A stretch of DNA of 64,000 nt from positions 2,469,838 through 2,533,837 of the forward strand of contig OZ244866.1 in NCBI GenBank assembly GCA_965221185.1, read 5' to 3'. Of the stretch, positions 1-9,522 are shown piece after piece. How positions within the stretch are numbered: the stretch's first letter is position 1; each line of letters opens with the position of its first letter. The notes beneath the pieces are model-generated. The model did not search any database. It saw nothing but the letters and a program-made list of their open reading frames with translations, and was not told the DNA's origin. The translations under genes were made by a program, and so were the position numbers. Source of the stretch: Candidatus Aldehydirespirator sp. GTDB lineage: Bacteria > Actinomycetota > Acidimicrobiia > Acidimicrobiales > Aldehydirespiratoraceae.

Positions 1-3000
1 GCCGCGCCGAGCAGGTCGCCGTCGAGGGGTCCTGGCCGAAACAGCATCCCGGTCCGGCACGCTCGCATCTCATTGAGCCAGTGGCCGTAGGACGAGCGCA
101 GCCGCTCGGCAGTGGCGGAGGCCACCAGATGGCAGATGCCGTCGCGGGCGGCGGCTATGCCGGTCAGCAGCCCGGAGGGGTCGCTGACGCGGTCGGCATC
201 GTCGATGAGCAGCAGTTGGCGCGGGCCCTCGGAGCGGCAGTCGAGCTCGGCCAGAGGGACCGGCTCCACGCCCAGGAGCGGTGCCAGATCGCCGAGCCGG
301 TCGGCCACCACGACCACCTGCACCCCGGCGAGGCGAGCCGCCGCGCCGATCGCGGCCAGAGCGGAGGTTCGCCCGGTGCGGGGAGGCCCCAGCACCAGGG
401 CGTGCTCGCCGTCGTGCAGCGCGAAGCCGGTCGGCGCCAGGCTCAGGTCGCCCAAGGCGAAGCGAACGTCGAGACGCCGATCCCCGTTGAGCGCGCTGCC
501 GGGCAGTTCCGTGAAGGAGATCGCATGTGGCAGCGAGCCGATGCGGGCCGGTCCGCGCCCGGTCGGCGGCACGGCCGCCGCCACCTCGGCCGCGGCTGTC
601 GCAAAGTCGCCAGCTGCGGGGCGGGCGACCTGGAGCTCTCTGCCGTCGCCTGCCCTAACCGCCCGGCCCGCGGCAAGCCCTGCCGTCGACGCCCGCAGGC
701 CGAAGCGCAGTCCCTCGCCGGCGTCAGCTGTCGCGTGGACCAGCACTACTCCCGCCGACGCAGCGAGGTCCGGCGGCAGGTCAGCGGCCCGGGCGATGCT
801 CACCGCAACTCTCAGGCCCACCCCGGGGCCGTCACTCCAGATGCGAGCGAAGCGTTCGTGGGGCTCGGGGTCGCGCACCGGGTCGTGGGCCCGGGCCAGT
901 CCGGCGAGATCGTCTACCAGCAGCACGATCGCCGTGGAGACTGGGCGGGACCGCCGGGCGGTGACCTCGTCGTCGAGCAGTCGCAGCAGGCGAGCCCGGC
1001 GCTCGCCGTCGGTCGGCGCTATCACCGCGCCCACATGGTGGAGGCCCTCCAGCACCGACAGCAGCCCGGCGTCCAGATCGATCGCGTAGACGTGCAGGTC
1101 GTCGGGGGAACGGGTCCGGCATAGATCGAGGGCCACCGCGGCCAGAGTGGTGGATGTGCCCGATCCGGGTCCGCCCATGACGACCAGATGACCGTCGCCG
1201 GGGTGCCACCCGCCGGCGAACTGGCGCTGCCGCTTCGGGTCGTCCATCAGCCAGGCCGCAGGCTCGCCCGCCTCGACCGTGGCCGCGAGGGCGCCCGCGG
1301 CGAGCTCGCAGGGCAGCGGTGCGGGCCACGGCGAGCGGGGCGCTCGGCCACCCCGGCGCCGGTGGGCGGCCCGCACCGCGTCCACCACTGCGTCCAAGTC
1401 GCTGCGCCCTGCGGGGTCGCGGCCCTGTTCGGAGTCGCGGCGCGGGTCGCGGTCGCGGTATGGGCGCGGTTCGGAGCGGGCATTCCGCGAGGGCTCCTCG
1501 GCCGGCGCGACCCGCAGGCCGGCGGAACCCACCGGCGTGGTGCCGGTCACCAGGGCCGACTGGAAGGCGATCAGCTCGCCCGGGCCGAGGCGGGCCAGCG
1601 CCTGGCCGGGCCGCTGCCGGGGGATGCGGGCCGCGGCGGGTGAGCCGATCACATCGTTGGAGTCGTGGCGGTCCGTCACCCGCAGAGCGATCCGGCACGA
1701 CGTGTTGGCTCTGATGTCGTCGGTCACCACCCCCGCCGGCCGCTGGGTGGCCAGGACCATGTGGACGCCCAGGCTCCGGCCCCGCTGGGCGATGCCCACC
1801 AGCGAGTGCAGGAAATCCGGCAGCTCTGCGGCCAGCGTGGCGAACTCGTCCACCACGACGACCAGACGGGGAAGCGGCTCGGCTGCGAGCCCGGTCCGGG
1901 TCCGGAAGGCGGCGAGATCCTCGGCCCCCGCGGCCCGCAGACGCTCCTCGCGGTGGCGCAGCTCGGCCTCCAGACACACCAGCGCCCGCTCGGCCAGGCG
2001 GTCGTCCAAGTCGGTGACCATCCCGGCGACGTGCGGCATCTCCGCGCAGCGGTCGAAGGCCGCCCCGCCCTTGTAGTCGATGAGCACGAAGGCGAGGTGG
2101 TCGGGGTCCGCCGACAGCGCCAGGCCGGCCACGAGCGAGCGCAGCAGTTCCGACTTGCCCGACCCGGTGGTGCCCCCGATCAGCAGATGGGGACCATCGA
2201 CCACGAGGTCGAGCACCAGCGGGCCCTCGGCGGCGGCGCCGATCGGCACGTGCAGATCGGCCGTGCCACGAGTTGCGTGCCAGCGCCTCTCCACCGACTC
2301 TGGAGTCGGCTCGCCGCCCAGAAGGTCCACCAGGGACACCGATTCGGGCAGGTTGGCGCGACCCGCTCCGAGCTCGGGGTCGTCGAGGCGGGCCAGGCGC
2401 GCCGCAGCGTGGTTGGCGGTCACGGTAGTGACGCCCCACGCGACGAGCGGCTCCATCACCGCCGCGGAGCGCGGGTCGACCAGCCGCAGGCCTCCGACCT
2501 CGTGATCGACCTGCACGATCGTGGTGCAGTTGGAGGGCAGATCGCATACGTCAGTGGTCACGATGATCCCGGCCGTGGGCGCCAGGGTGAGCAGCGCGCG
2601 GCCCGGCGCCGAGCGGCCGGTCAGCGCCTCCGCGCCGTCGATAACTGCCAGCAGGACCCGCTGGGCGCCGTCCGCGGCCGCGGCCTCGGCCACCGCCGAC
2701 ATGGCATCGCGCTCCGTGGCCACCAGCGCGCCGAGACCGCCGCCGGCCGCGTCGGCGGTGTGGGGAAGCCAGCGCGTCCACGACCACTCCGCCGCCCTGC
2801 CGGGGACTAGGCCGGCTATGGCCAGATCAGCCGGACCGTGGAGCACCGCAGCTTGCAGCACCAGGGCGCGGGCCACGGCGCGGGCCGCGGGCAGCGGGCC
2901 GACAACGCCGACAACGTCGCCAGGCGTCAGCGACACCGCCACCGGAACATCGCGCAGCGGCTCAAGCGCTCGCATTGCTTCGAGTGCCTCCGGCGCGACG

Positions 3001-4139
3001 GCGCCCTTGCCGTCCACATCGAGCGGCGGCGAGAAGGGCACGTCGGCGGTGCCGACGCCGAGCCGCATGGCGTCGGGATCGCCGCGGCGACGCTCCCAGC
3101 AGCGCAACGACGGAGTCTCGGCGCGTCGCACCAACTCGGCCAGGTCGGGGACCAGCGCCACCCTCCTGCGACGCTCGGCCGTCCGCTCCGCCGGCAGGGC
3201 GGCCACGAACCGCCTCACCTGGATGGCTACCTCCTCACTGGCCCGCTGATGGGCGCGGGCCGTCCGCCGGCGCCGCTCCAGCCAGGTGCCGATCGTGATC
3301 AACGGGCCCAGGGCCGCGAACACGGCCATGAACGGGTTCCACACCAGAGCCAGCACCAGCCCGGCCACCACCGGCAGGGCGATTCCTGCCCACGACAGGG
3401 GATCGGGCTCCGGCCGGGGCGGAGCCTCCGCGGGCACCCGCAACGTCGCCGGCGCGGTCGGGGGCCGGCGGCGAGGCGGGCGGTTGAACGGGATCCGTCC
3501 GGCGGTGGCCCCCAGCCCGGCGCGCACGGCCGCAGGAGCGTCGTCCACCGCGACCCGCCACTGGAGACAGGTGGCACCGAGCCGGACTGTGGCTCGGGCC
3601 GGCACCAGCGTCGAGGCGGTCACGGCGCGTCCCGCCACCACCGTGCCGTTGCACGAGCCGAGATCGGTGATGACCGCTCGCCCACCGGGCTCGTCCGTGC
3701 TCACCCGGGCATGGCGGCGCGAGACTGCGTGGTCGTCGAGCACGACGTCGCATTCCTCCGAGCGACCGATCACCCAGGAGCCCTTCGGGGGCGGCGAGAG
3801 GCGGGTGCCCGCTCGCAGGCCTGCCGTAGCCACCAATACCCGGCCGGGACTCGATCCCGAGGGTGGCGACCCGGCCTGCTGATGCGGTGACTGGGAGGGG
3901 GACTGCCCGGAGCCGGGAGCGATCTCGAGCAGCGCCCCCTCCCAGATCGGGACCGATGACAGGGGGGTCTCGGGACTGTGCCAGCTTCCGTCGATGCTGA
4001 CGCCAGCCGCCGCGCCGTCGTCGGCTTCATCGAGATGGCAGTTGAGAGCCGCGGCCAGATCCGCCACGGTGTAGTCCTCGAGGCGGGAGTCGATCTCCAC
4101 AATCCGTTCCGCACCGTCGCAACGGTGTCGGATCCGCAC
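1..4139 (-). CDS. FHA-domain FtsK/SpoIIIE-family ATPase, EssC/EccC-like type VII secretion motor (3' end runs off the window)
   Basis: Own minus-strand translation; absent from the ORF track because it leaves the window. FHA signature at about 3540-3800 (VIGRSEECDVVLDDHAVSRRHARV...ITDLGSCNGTVV). Hydrophobic segments at about 3290-3410. Three P-loop modules: GGTTGSGKSELL near 2150 with VVVDEF/RSLGVHMVLATQRP near 1750-1880, GGPGSGTSTT near 1170, GPPRTGRTSA near 375. GTG 4139 is preceded by AAGGA; GTG 4100 is an alternative start. Confidence 0.85.
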   Translation of the reverse strand, partial: MRIRHRCDGAERIVEIDSRLEDYTVADLAAALNCHLDEADDGAAAGVSIDGSWHSPETPLSSVPIWEGALLEIAPGSGQSPSQSPHQQAGSPPSGSSPGRVLVATAGLRAGTRLSPPPKGSWVIGRSEECDVVLDDHAVSRRHARVSTDEPGGRAVITDLGSCNGTVVAGRAVTASTLVPARATVRLGATCLQWRVAVDDAPAAVRAGLGATAGRIPFNRPPRRRPPTAPATLRVPAEAPPRPEPDPLSWAGIALPVVAGLVLALVWNPFMAVFAALGPLITIGTWLERRRRTARAHQRASEEVAIQVRRFVAALPAERTAERRRRVALVPDLAELVRRAETPSLRCWERRRGDPDAMRLGVGTADVPFSPPLDVDGKGAVAPEALEAMRALEPLRDVPVAVSLTPGDVVGVVGPLPAARAVARALVLQAAVLHGPADLAIAGLVPGRAAEWSWTRWLPHTADAAGGGLGALVATERDAMSAVAEAAAADGAQRVLLAVIDGAEALTGRSAPGRALLTLAPTAGIIVTTDVCDLPSNCTTIVQVDHEVGGLRLVDPRSAAVMEPLVAWGVTTVTANHAAARLARLDDPELGAGRANLPESVSLVDLLGGEPTPESVERRWHATRGTADLHVPIGAAAEGPLVLDLVVDGPHLLIGGTTGSGKSELLRSLVAGLALSADPDHLAFVLIDYKGGAAFDRCAEMPHVAGMVTDLDDRLAERALVCLEAELRHREERLRAAGAEDLAAFRTRTGLAAEPLPRLVVVVDEFATLAAELPDFLHSLVGIAQRGRSLGVHMVLATQRPAGVVTDDIRANTSCRIALRVTDRHDSNDVIGSPAAARIPRQRPGQALARLGPGELIAFQSALVTGTTPVGSAGLRVAPAEEPSRNARSEPRPYRDRDPRRDSEQGRDPAGRSDLDAVVDAVRAAHRRRGGRAPRSPWPAPLPCELAAGALAATVEAGEPAAWLMDDPKRQRQFAGGWHPGDGHLVVMGGPGSGTSTTLAAVALDLCRTRSPDDLHVYAIDLDAGLLSVLEGLHHVGAVIAPTDGERRARLLRLLDDEVTARRSRPVSTAIVLLVDDLAGLARAHDPVRDPEPHERFARIWSDGPGVGLRVAVSIARAADLPPDLAASAGVVLVHATADAGEGLRFGLRASTAGLAAGRAVRAGDGRELQVARPAAGDFATAAAEVAAAVPPTGRGPARIGSLPHAISFTELPGSALNGDRRLDVRFALGDLSLAPTGFALHDGEHALVLGPPRTGRTSALAAIGAAARLAGVQVVVVADRLGDLAPLLGVEPVPLAELDCRSEGPRQLLLIDDADRVSDPSGLLTGIAAARDGICHLVASATAERLRSSYGHWLNEMRACRTGMLFRPGPLDGDLLGA

Positions 4140-4190
4140 CGGCCTGCTGTCCTTGCTTCGATGCGGCGGTCCCGGCCGCCGTCGCTGCGG

Positions 4191-4466
4191 TCAGATCGTG
4201 TCGAGCGCGCTCATGCCCGCGTGAAGCTCGGCGGTGATGAACGCTGAGTGCTCCCCCAGCGCGTCGCACAGCGCCCGCAGGTTTGGACGGAACTCGCTCT
4301 CCCAGAGCTGCCTGAACCGGTCGGCCCTGGCCCCCTGCCATGTGGTGCCGTCGATGCCGGCGCCGATCGCGCTTATCACCCCCTCCGCCGTCTCCTTCTG
4401 CCGGGCGAAGATCACCGCTAGCTGCTCCATCTGCGACTTCGACATCACCAGCATGTCACCAGCCAT
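4191..4466 (-). CDS. WXG100 (ESAT-6-like) family secretion substrate
   Basis: 91-aa product from ATG 4466, with AAAGGAGGG 5 nt upstream. Central W-x-G motif (DGTTWQGARADRF). It sits 51 nt upstream of the EssC-like gene on the same strand. The extra 16 codons of track ORF 4191..4514 lack an RBS. Confidence 0.85.
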   Translation of the reverse strand: MAGDMLVMSKSQMEQLAVIFARQKETAEGVISAIGAGIDGTTWQGARADRFRQLWESEFRPNLRALCDALGEHSAFITAELHAGMSALDTI

Positions 4467-4514
4467 TGACACCCTCCTTTGGGTTGCAGCACAAGATGTG
4501 TCGTGCTGTTTCAT

Positions 4515-4673
4515 GTGATTGTCGTACCATCATGTCAGTGTGATGAGACAACAACAACCTAAAGAATGGAGAATTGATTGAAACATCTTGACAACTTATC
4601 TCGGTGTTGGACTTGAGCTGCTCTCCAGCAACCATCCGGGTGGCCGCCCAGGTCGGGCGCTCGGCTCGACCTC
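4515..4673 (-). promoter_or_regulatory. AT-rich upstream region of the WXG100 gene (putative promoter/5' UTR)
   Basis: About 160 bp of conspicuously AT-rich, ORF-free DNA (e.g. acaacaacaacctaaagaatggagaattgattgaaacatcttgacaactta) in a roughly 70% GC context. I could not assign exact -35/-10 hexamers by eye. Confidence 0.35.
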
Positions 4674-5477
4674 TCAGGCCGGCGGGGTGTCGCCGATGGC
4701 TTTCTTGACCGAGCCCAGAAGGTCGGCGATGGCGGCCTTCACCGATTCCTGGTGAGCGGCGAGGGCCTGGAACTCCTGGCCCGAGCGGATCGCAGCCCGG
4801 CCTCCGAGCACGTCGAAGGCCCTATGGACCATGCGCTTGTTGATCTGGGACAGGTCCGTGGCCACGCCGGCTATGCGCACCGCAACCGCCAGCACGGCCT
4901 CCTCCAGCTGCTCGGGCGGGTGGGCCCGGTTGGCCCAGCCCATGCGGGCTGCCTCGGCGCCGCTCACGGAGTCGCCGGTGAGCATGGCCTCCATGGCGTG
5001 ACGCATTCCCATCAGCGGCGTGTGGTATTGCCAGTCCGGCGGCGAGGCCACCCGCACCACCGGATAGCCGATGCGGGCGTCGTCGGCCACGTACACCAGG
5101 TCACAGGCCGCGGCCAGCTCGGTGCCACCGGCGTAGGCGTACCCGTGCACCTGCGCGATGACGGGCTTGGCCAGGTCCCAGATGGAGAACCAGCCGTCGC
5201 TGGCCTGGCGGGTCCACTGGCCGTCGCCGGGAGCCGACGGGTAGGGCGGGTCGTCCATCAGCCCGCCCGACAAGTCGTAGCCCGACGAGAAGCACGGTCC
5301 CGCGCCCCGCACGATGGCGACCCGGATGCCGGGGTCCTCGTCGAAGCGGTGCAGGGCGTCGAACAGCGCGGCCCGCAGCGGTGTGGAGATGGCGTTGCGC
5401 TTGTGGGGGCGGTTGAGGGTGATGCGGCGGACATGCTCGGCCGGCTCGTCGATGAGGATCATCTGCTCATCCGTCAT
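4674..5477 (-). CDS. enoyl-CoA hydratase/isomerase (crotonase) family protein
   Basis: ATG 5477 forms an ATGA overlap with the stop of the upstream LLM gene. Crotonase motifs RGAGPCFSSGYDL and VHGYAYAGGTELAAACDL. The 5' 183 codons of track ORF 4674..6026 are an Arg/Gly-rich off-frame overlap. Confidence 0.9.
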   Translation of the reverse strand: MTDEQMILIDEPAEHVRRITLNRPHKRNAISTPLRAALFDALHRFDEDPGIRVAIVRGAGPCFSSGYDLSGGLMDDPPYPSAPGDGQWTRQASDGWFSIWDLAKPVIAQVHGYAYAGGTELAAACDLVYVADDARIGYPVVRVASPPDWQYHTPLMGMRHAMEAMLTGDSVSGAEAARMGWANRAHPPEQLEEAVLAVAVRIAGVATDLSQINKRMVHRAFDVLGGRAAIRSGQEFQALAAHQESVKAAIADLLGSVKKAIGDTPPA

Positions 5478-6532
5478 GTGTCTGCTCCTCCGGTGTCTCT
5501 GGTGCCGGCCAGCTCGGCCATGAGCTCGAGGCCCTCGTCGCGACCGCACCGGATTATCACCCCTGTCAGCCCGGCCGGAACGGCTCCGGGCCACCGGGCC
5601 CGGATGCGCTGGCGCGAGCCGAGCAGGGACTGCGAGTCGATGTAGTCGTCTGGGACCGCAGCAATGGCGTCGTCTCGACGACCGGCCCGCCACTGCTCCA
5701 CGATCCGCGCCGAGGCCTCCGGCCACCCCCGCCGGGCCATGGCTTGTGCGTGGAAGTTGTGGGTGTCGCTTCCCATTCCGCCGACGTACATCGCGACCGT
5801 CGGCTTGCGGGCGTCGAGCGCGGCCTGCACGTCGCCGGTGATCTCGACCGAGAGCGACCCGAACGCCTCGAGCTCGGGCCGGAGGCCGTCGTGGCGGCGG
5901 GCCAGTCCCCGCTGCAGGGGCTCCCGGTAGGTCTGGGCCCCGTCGGGCCCGTAGCCCATCGGCAGCCAGCCGTCGGCCACCTCGGCGGCCAGGGCCACGT
6001 TGCGGGGTCCTCCGGCCGCGATCCATATCTCGATGCCGGGCGACGCATGCAGGATCGACTTCAGCGGCTTGCCCTGGCCCAGCGAGCCAGGGCCGTCGTA
6101 TGGCAGCCGGATGGCGGCACCGCAGTGGGTTACGGGCTCGTCGCGGGCCAGCACCTTGCGCATGATCGCGGCGTAGTCGCGCAGCTTGGCCGTCCGCGAC
6201 CCCCAGGCCGCGCCGTGCCAGCCCTCCACCACCTGGGGCCCCGACACGCCCAGACCGATGATCGTGCGCCCGCCCCCTGCGAGCGCGTCGATGGTCATGG
6301 CGTGCATGGCGGTGGCCGCGGGGCTGCGAGCGTCGATCTGCACCACACCGGAAGCGAGCTTGATCCGGCGGGTGTGCGCGGCCAGGTAGGCCAACGGCGA
6401 CAGCGCGTCGGCGCCGTAGGCCTCAGCCGTCCACACGCTGTGGTATCCGAGCCGCTCCGCGAGCTGCACCGCGGCCACGGGCACCTCGAGCGCGGCGCCC
6501 CGGTACAGGTCCAGGCCGAGACCCAGCTTCAC
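5474..6532 (-). CDS. LLM-class (luciferase-like) F420/flavin-dependent oxidoreductase
   Basis: 352-aa ORF from GTG 6532. LLM-type sequence (LGYHSVWTAEAYGADA, GLGVSGPQVVEGWHG). Confidence 0.85.
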   Translation of the reverse strand: MKLGLGLDLYRGAALEVPVAAVQLAERLGYHSVWTAEAYGADALSPLAYLAAHTRRIKLASGVVQIDARSPAATAMHAMTIDALAGGGRTIIGLGVSGPQVVEGWHGAAWGSRTAKLRDYAAIMRKVLARDEPVTHCGAAIRLPYDGPGSLGQGKPLKSILHASPGIEIWIAAGGPRNVALAAEVADGWLPMGYGPDGAQTYREPLQRGLARRHDGLRPELEAFGSLSVEITGDVQAALDARKPTVAMYVGGMGSDTHNFHAQAMARRGWPEASARIVEQWRAGRRDDAIAAVPDDYIDSQSLLGSRQRIRARWPGAVPAGLTGVIIRCGRDEGLELMAELAGTRDTGGADT

Positions 6533-6655
6533 GTCGATCGGTCCCCTGACCCCGCCGCCAGCGTCATTCTGCGCGGCCCGACGATTGGATCCACCCCGCC
6601 GCGCCGCCTGCAGTCCTCATCCGCTCCGACCCTAGTGTGGCTACGCTCCCTCTTC

Positions 6656-7840
6656 GTGAAGGCACTGCGCTTCTCGCGCCAGGAGGCCCGCTACGCGGCC
6701 GCGGCGCTGGCTTCGCGGCTGCGGCCTGGAGCGGGGGCGGTTTGGGGGCCGCTCAAACTGATCGACGACGATCCGCCCGAGCTGCCCGGCGAGGACTGGC
6801 AGCGGGTCTACCCGAGGCTCACCGGCATCTGCGGCTCGGACCTGGCCACCATCGACGGCCGCTCGGCGCGCTACTTCGAGGACTACGTGTCGTTCCCGTT
6901 CGTGCCCGGCCACGAGATCGTGGCCGACACCGCCGACGGGCGCCGGGTGATCGTCGAGCCGGTGCTGGGGCACGCGGCGCGCGGCTTCGGCCTGCCCTAC
7001 CCGGGGGCCGCGCCCGGCGACGGCGACGACTACCGGCACCTCATGAGCGGCCATCTGTTGCCGGGGCTGCAGACCGGCTTCTGCAAGTCCACCGGCGGGG
7101 GCTGGTCCACCGAGCTGGTGGCGCACGCCTCGCAGCTCCACGACGTCCCCGACTGGATGAGCGACGAGCTGGCCGTGATGATCGAGCCGGTGGCGGGGGG
7201 CGTGCACGCCGCTCTGCGCTCCGGCGCCCGGCCGGGCGACACCGTGGCGGTGGTCGGGGCCGGGACCATGGGGCTGGTGGCGGTGGCCGCCCTGCGGGGC
7301 CTCACCGAACCGGCGTCGATAATGGTCGGGGCCCGGTACTCGACCCAGCGGGCGCTCGCGCTGGAGTTCGGCGCCGACGCGGCCGTGGAACCCGGCGAGC
7401 TGAAGCGGGCCGTTCGCCGGGCCACCAGATCGTTCATGGTCGGAGACCACCTCTCGGGGGGTGCGGACGTGGTCATCGACGCGGTGGGCTCGTCGGCCTC
7501 GCTGGCCGAGGCGCTGTCGCTGTGCCGGCCGAGGGGCCGGGTCGTGATGCTGGGGATGCCGGCCACGGTCACGGTCGAGTTGACCGGCCTGTGGCACCGG
7601 GAGGCTGAGCTGGTGGGGTGCTACGCCTACGGCACCGAGGTCCGCGCCGACGGCCGGCTCACCACCAGCTTCGAGCTGGCCATGGAGCTCGCCGGCAAGA
7701 TCGCCGTCGACCGGCTCGTGTCGGACCTGTACCCGCTCGACCGCTACGCGGACGCTCTGGGCCACGCGGCTGAGGCGGGGCGCCGCGGTGCGGTCAAGAT
7801 CGCCTTCGACATGCGAGGCGAGCGCCGCCGTGGCAACTGA
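6656..7840 (+). CDS. zinc-dependent alcohol dehydrogenase (MDR) family protein
   Basis: GTG 6656 gives MKALRF..., in frame with track ORF 5744..7840, whose 5' part is antisense to the LLM gene. Motifs GICGSDL, PGHEIVA and VVGAGTMGLVAV. GTG 6635 is an alternative start. Confidence 0.85.
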   Translation: MKALRFSRQEARYAAAALASRLRPGAGAVWGPLKLIDDDPPELPGEDWQRVYPRLTGICGSDLATIDGRSARYFEDYVSFPFVPGHEIVADTADGRRVIVEPVLGHAARGFGLPYPGAAPGDGDDYRHLMSGHLLPGLQTGFCKSTGGGWSTELVAHASQLHDVPDWMSDELAVMIEPVAGGVHAALRSGARPGDTVAVVGAGTMGLVAVAALRGLTEPASIMVGARYSTQRALALEFGADAAVEPGELKRAVRRATRSFMVGDHLSGGADVVIDAVGSSASLAEALSLCRPRGRVVMLGMPATVTVELTGLWHREAELVGCYAYGTEVRADGRLTTSFELAMELAGKIAVDRLVSDLYPLDRYADALGHAAEAGRRGAVKIAFDMRGERRRGN

Positions 7841-7943
7841 CCACACCGGCGACAGCGACAACGGCTACGACATGCGCGACGGGCGCCGCCGTGGCAACTG
7901 ACCTCGTCCGCAGCCGCAGCAACGGCTACGACGCGGTGGTGAT
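7822..7943. repeat. imperfect 61-bp tandem duplication across the ADH stop / oxidoreductase start junction
   Basis: gcgccgccgtggcaactgacc occurs at 7822 and 7883, and caacggctacgac at 7859 and 7920. The period is 61 bp. Confidence 0.85.
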
Positions 7944-9219
7944 CGGCGCAGGAGTGATCGGCGCGGCCACCGCCTTCGAGCTGGGGCGGCGGGGCCGGCG
8001 AGTGCTGTGCGTGGACAAGCTCCCCGGCGCCGGGTTCGGCTCGACCGTCAACTCGTGCGCCATCGTGCGCTTCACCTACTCCACCTACACCGGCGTGGCC
8101 ATGGCCTACGAGGGACTGCAGTACTGGCTGGAGTGGCCCGCGTACCTTGAGGCCCCCGACGAGCTGGGCATCATCGAGTACCGGCAGTGCGGGATGGCAA
8201 CCCTCAAGGACCCCGGCGGCCACTACCTCAAGGTGCTCCCCCACTTCGACGCCATCGGCGTGGCCTACGAGGAGTGGTCCACCGACGAGCTGCTCCGCCG
8301 GATGCCGATCGTCGACGCGGGGGTGTTCGGCCCGCCCAAGCGGCCCGACGACCCAGACTTCTGGGCGGACCCGACCGAGCAGCTGCCCGGAGCGGTGTTC
8401 ACCCCCGAGGCGGGCTATGTGAGCGATCCCCAGCTCACCACCCACAACCTGCAGCGGGCCGCGGAGGCCGCCGGCGCCGAGTTCCGCTTCTCCACCGCGG
8501 TGACCGCCATCGGGCGGGCCGGCGGCCGGGTGACCGGCGTGATCCTCGACGGCGGCACCACCGTGGCCGCGCCGGTCGTGGTCAACGTGGCCGGCCCGCA
8601 CTCGTATCTGATCAACCGGACAGCCGGCGTCTACGAATCGATGAACATCAAGACCCGGGCGCTGCGCCACGAGGTCCACCACACCCCGGGTCCGGCTGAC
8701 TTCAACTACGAGCGGGACGGCTTCAACATCGCCGACGACGACAACGGCATCTACTTCCGGCCCGAGACCGGCAACCACATCCTGGTGGGCAGCACAGACC
8801 CCCGCTGCGACCCCCAGGACTGGGTGGACCCCGACGGCTACGACCAGCGCCTCGCCCCGGACCAGTGGGAGGCGCAGGTGCTGCGGCTCAACCGGCGCCT
8901 GCCGTCGCTGGGCGTGCCCCACGAGCGCAAGGGCGTGGTCGACCTCTACGACGTGAGCGACGACTGGATCCCCATCTATGACCGCACCGACCTCGACGGC
9001 TTCTACGTCGCCATCGGCACCAGCGGCAACCAGTTCAAGAACGCCGGGGTAGCCGGGCACTGCATGGCCGAGCTGATCGAGGCGGTGGAGGCCGGCCACG
9101 ACCACGACCACGACCCGCTGGTGGTGGAGGGCCGCTACACCGGCCTGCCCATCGACATGGCCACCTTCAGTCGCAACCGCGAGGTCAACCCCAACTCCTC
9201 CATGTCAGTCCACGGCTGA
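7891..9219 (+). CDS. FAD-dependent oxidoreductase (DAO family)
   Basis: 442-aa ORF with an N-terminal dinucleotide-binding motif (YDAVVIGAGVIGAATAFEL). Confidence 0.85.
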   Translation: MATDLVRSRSNGYDAVVIGAGVIGAATAFELGRRGRRVLCVDKLPGAGFGSTVNSCAIVRFTYSTYTGVAMAYEGLQYWLEWPAYLEAPDELGIIEYRQCGMATLKDPGGHYLKVLPHFDAIGVAYEEWSTDELLRRMPIVDAGVFGPPKRPDDPDFWADPTEQLPGAVFTPEAGYVSDPQLTTHNLQRAAEAAGAEFRFSTAVTAIGRAGGRVTGVILDGGTTVAAPVVVNVAGPHSYLINRTAGVYESMNIKTRALRHEVHHTPGPADFNYERDGFNIADDDNGIYFRPETGNHILVGSTDPRCDPQDWVDPDGYDQRLAPDQWEAQVLRLNRRLPSLGVPHERKGVVDLYDVSDDWIPIYDRTDLDGFYVAIGTSGNQFKNAGVAGHCMAELIEAVEAGHDHDHDPLVVEGRYTGLPIDMATFSRNREVNPNSSMSVHG

Positions 9220-9285
9220 CCAGATGAGGCGGCGGACGTGCCGACGCCGCTCGCTATGCGGATGCTTTGATGTTATGATGCGCGT

Positions 9286-9522
9286 GTGCGCACTACCGTG
9301 TCAATACGAGACGAGACTTACGAGGAAGCCCGGCGGATAGCGTTCGAATCACGCCGGACGCTCGGTGCGGTCATCAATGAACTCCTTGCCGAGGGTCTCA
9401 AGCAGGTGGCCCGACCACCGGCGCGTCGCCGACTCGGACAGCTCCGCGGCACGATCACGATCGCCGACGACTTCGACGACACGCCTGCAGAAGTCCTCGA
9501 CTCGCTCGACGACCCGCTCTAA
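9286..9522 (+). CDS. vapB: type II antitoxin, VapB-like
   Basis: 78-aa ORF (MRTTVSIRDETYEEARRIA...). Its stop overlaps the ATG of the PIN gene (TAATG). TATGAT at 9274-9279 lies 6 nt before the GTG start, consistent with a leaderless transcript. Confidence 0.8.
   Translation: MRTTVSIRDETYEEARRIAFESRRTLGAVINELLAEGLKQVARPPARRRLGQLRGTITIADDFDDTPAEVLDSLDDPL

Noticed and set aside
81-3890. Many long track ORFs (81..1124, 112..1089, 832..2547, 1279..2076, 1665..2810, 2521..3249, 2838..3890 and others) overlapping the first 4 kb.
   Set aside because: Their products are Arg/Pro/Gly/Ala-rich low-complexity strings typical of off-frame or antisense translation in ~70% GC DNA. The only frame with recognisable domains (FHA, three P-loops) is the edge-truncated minus-strand frame that is not in the track.
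5744-6655. 5' 300 codons of track ORF 5744..7840.
   Set aside because: This part is antisense to the well-supported LLM gene (5474..6532) and has junk composition. Alcohol dehydrogenase similarity begins only at GTG 6656.
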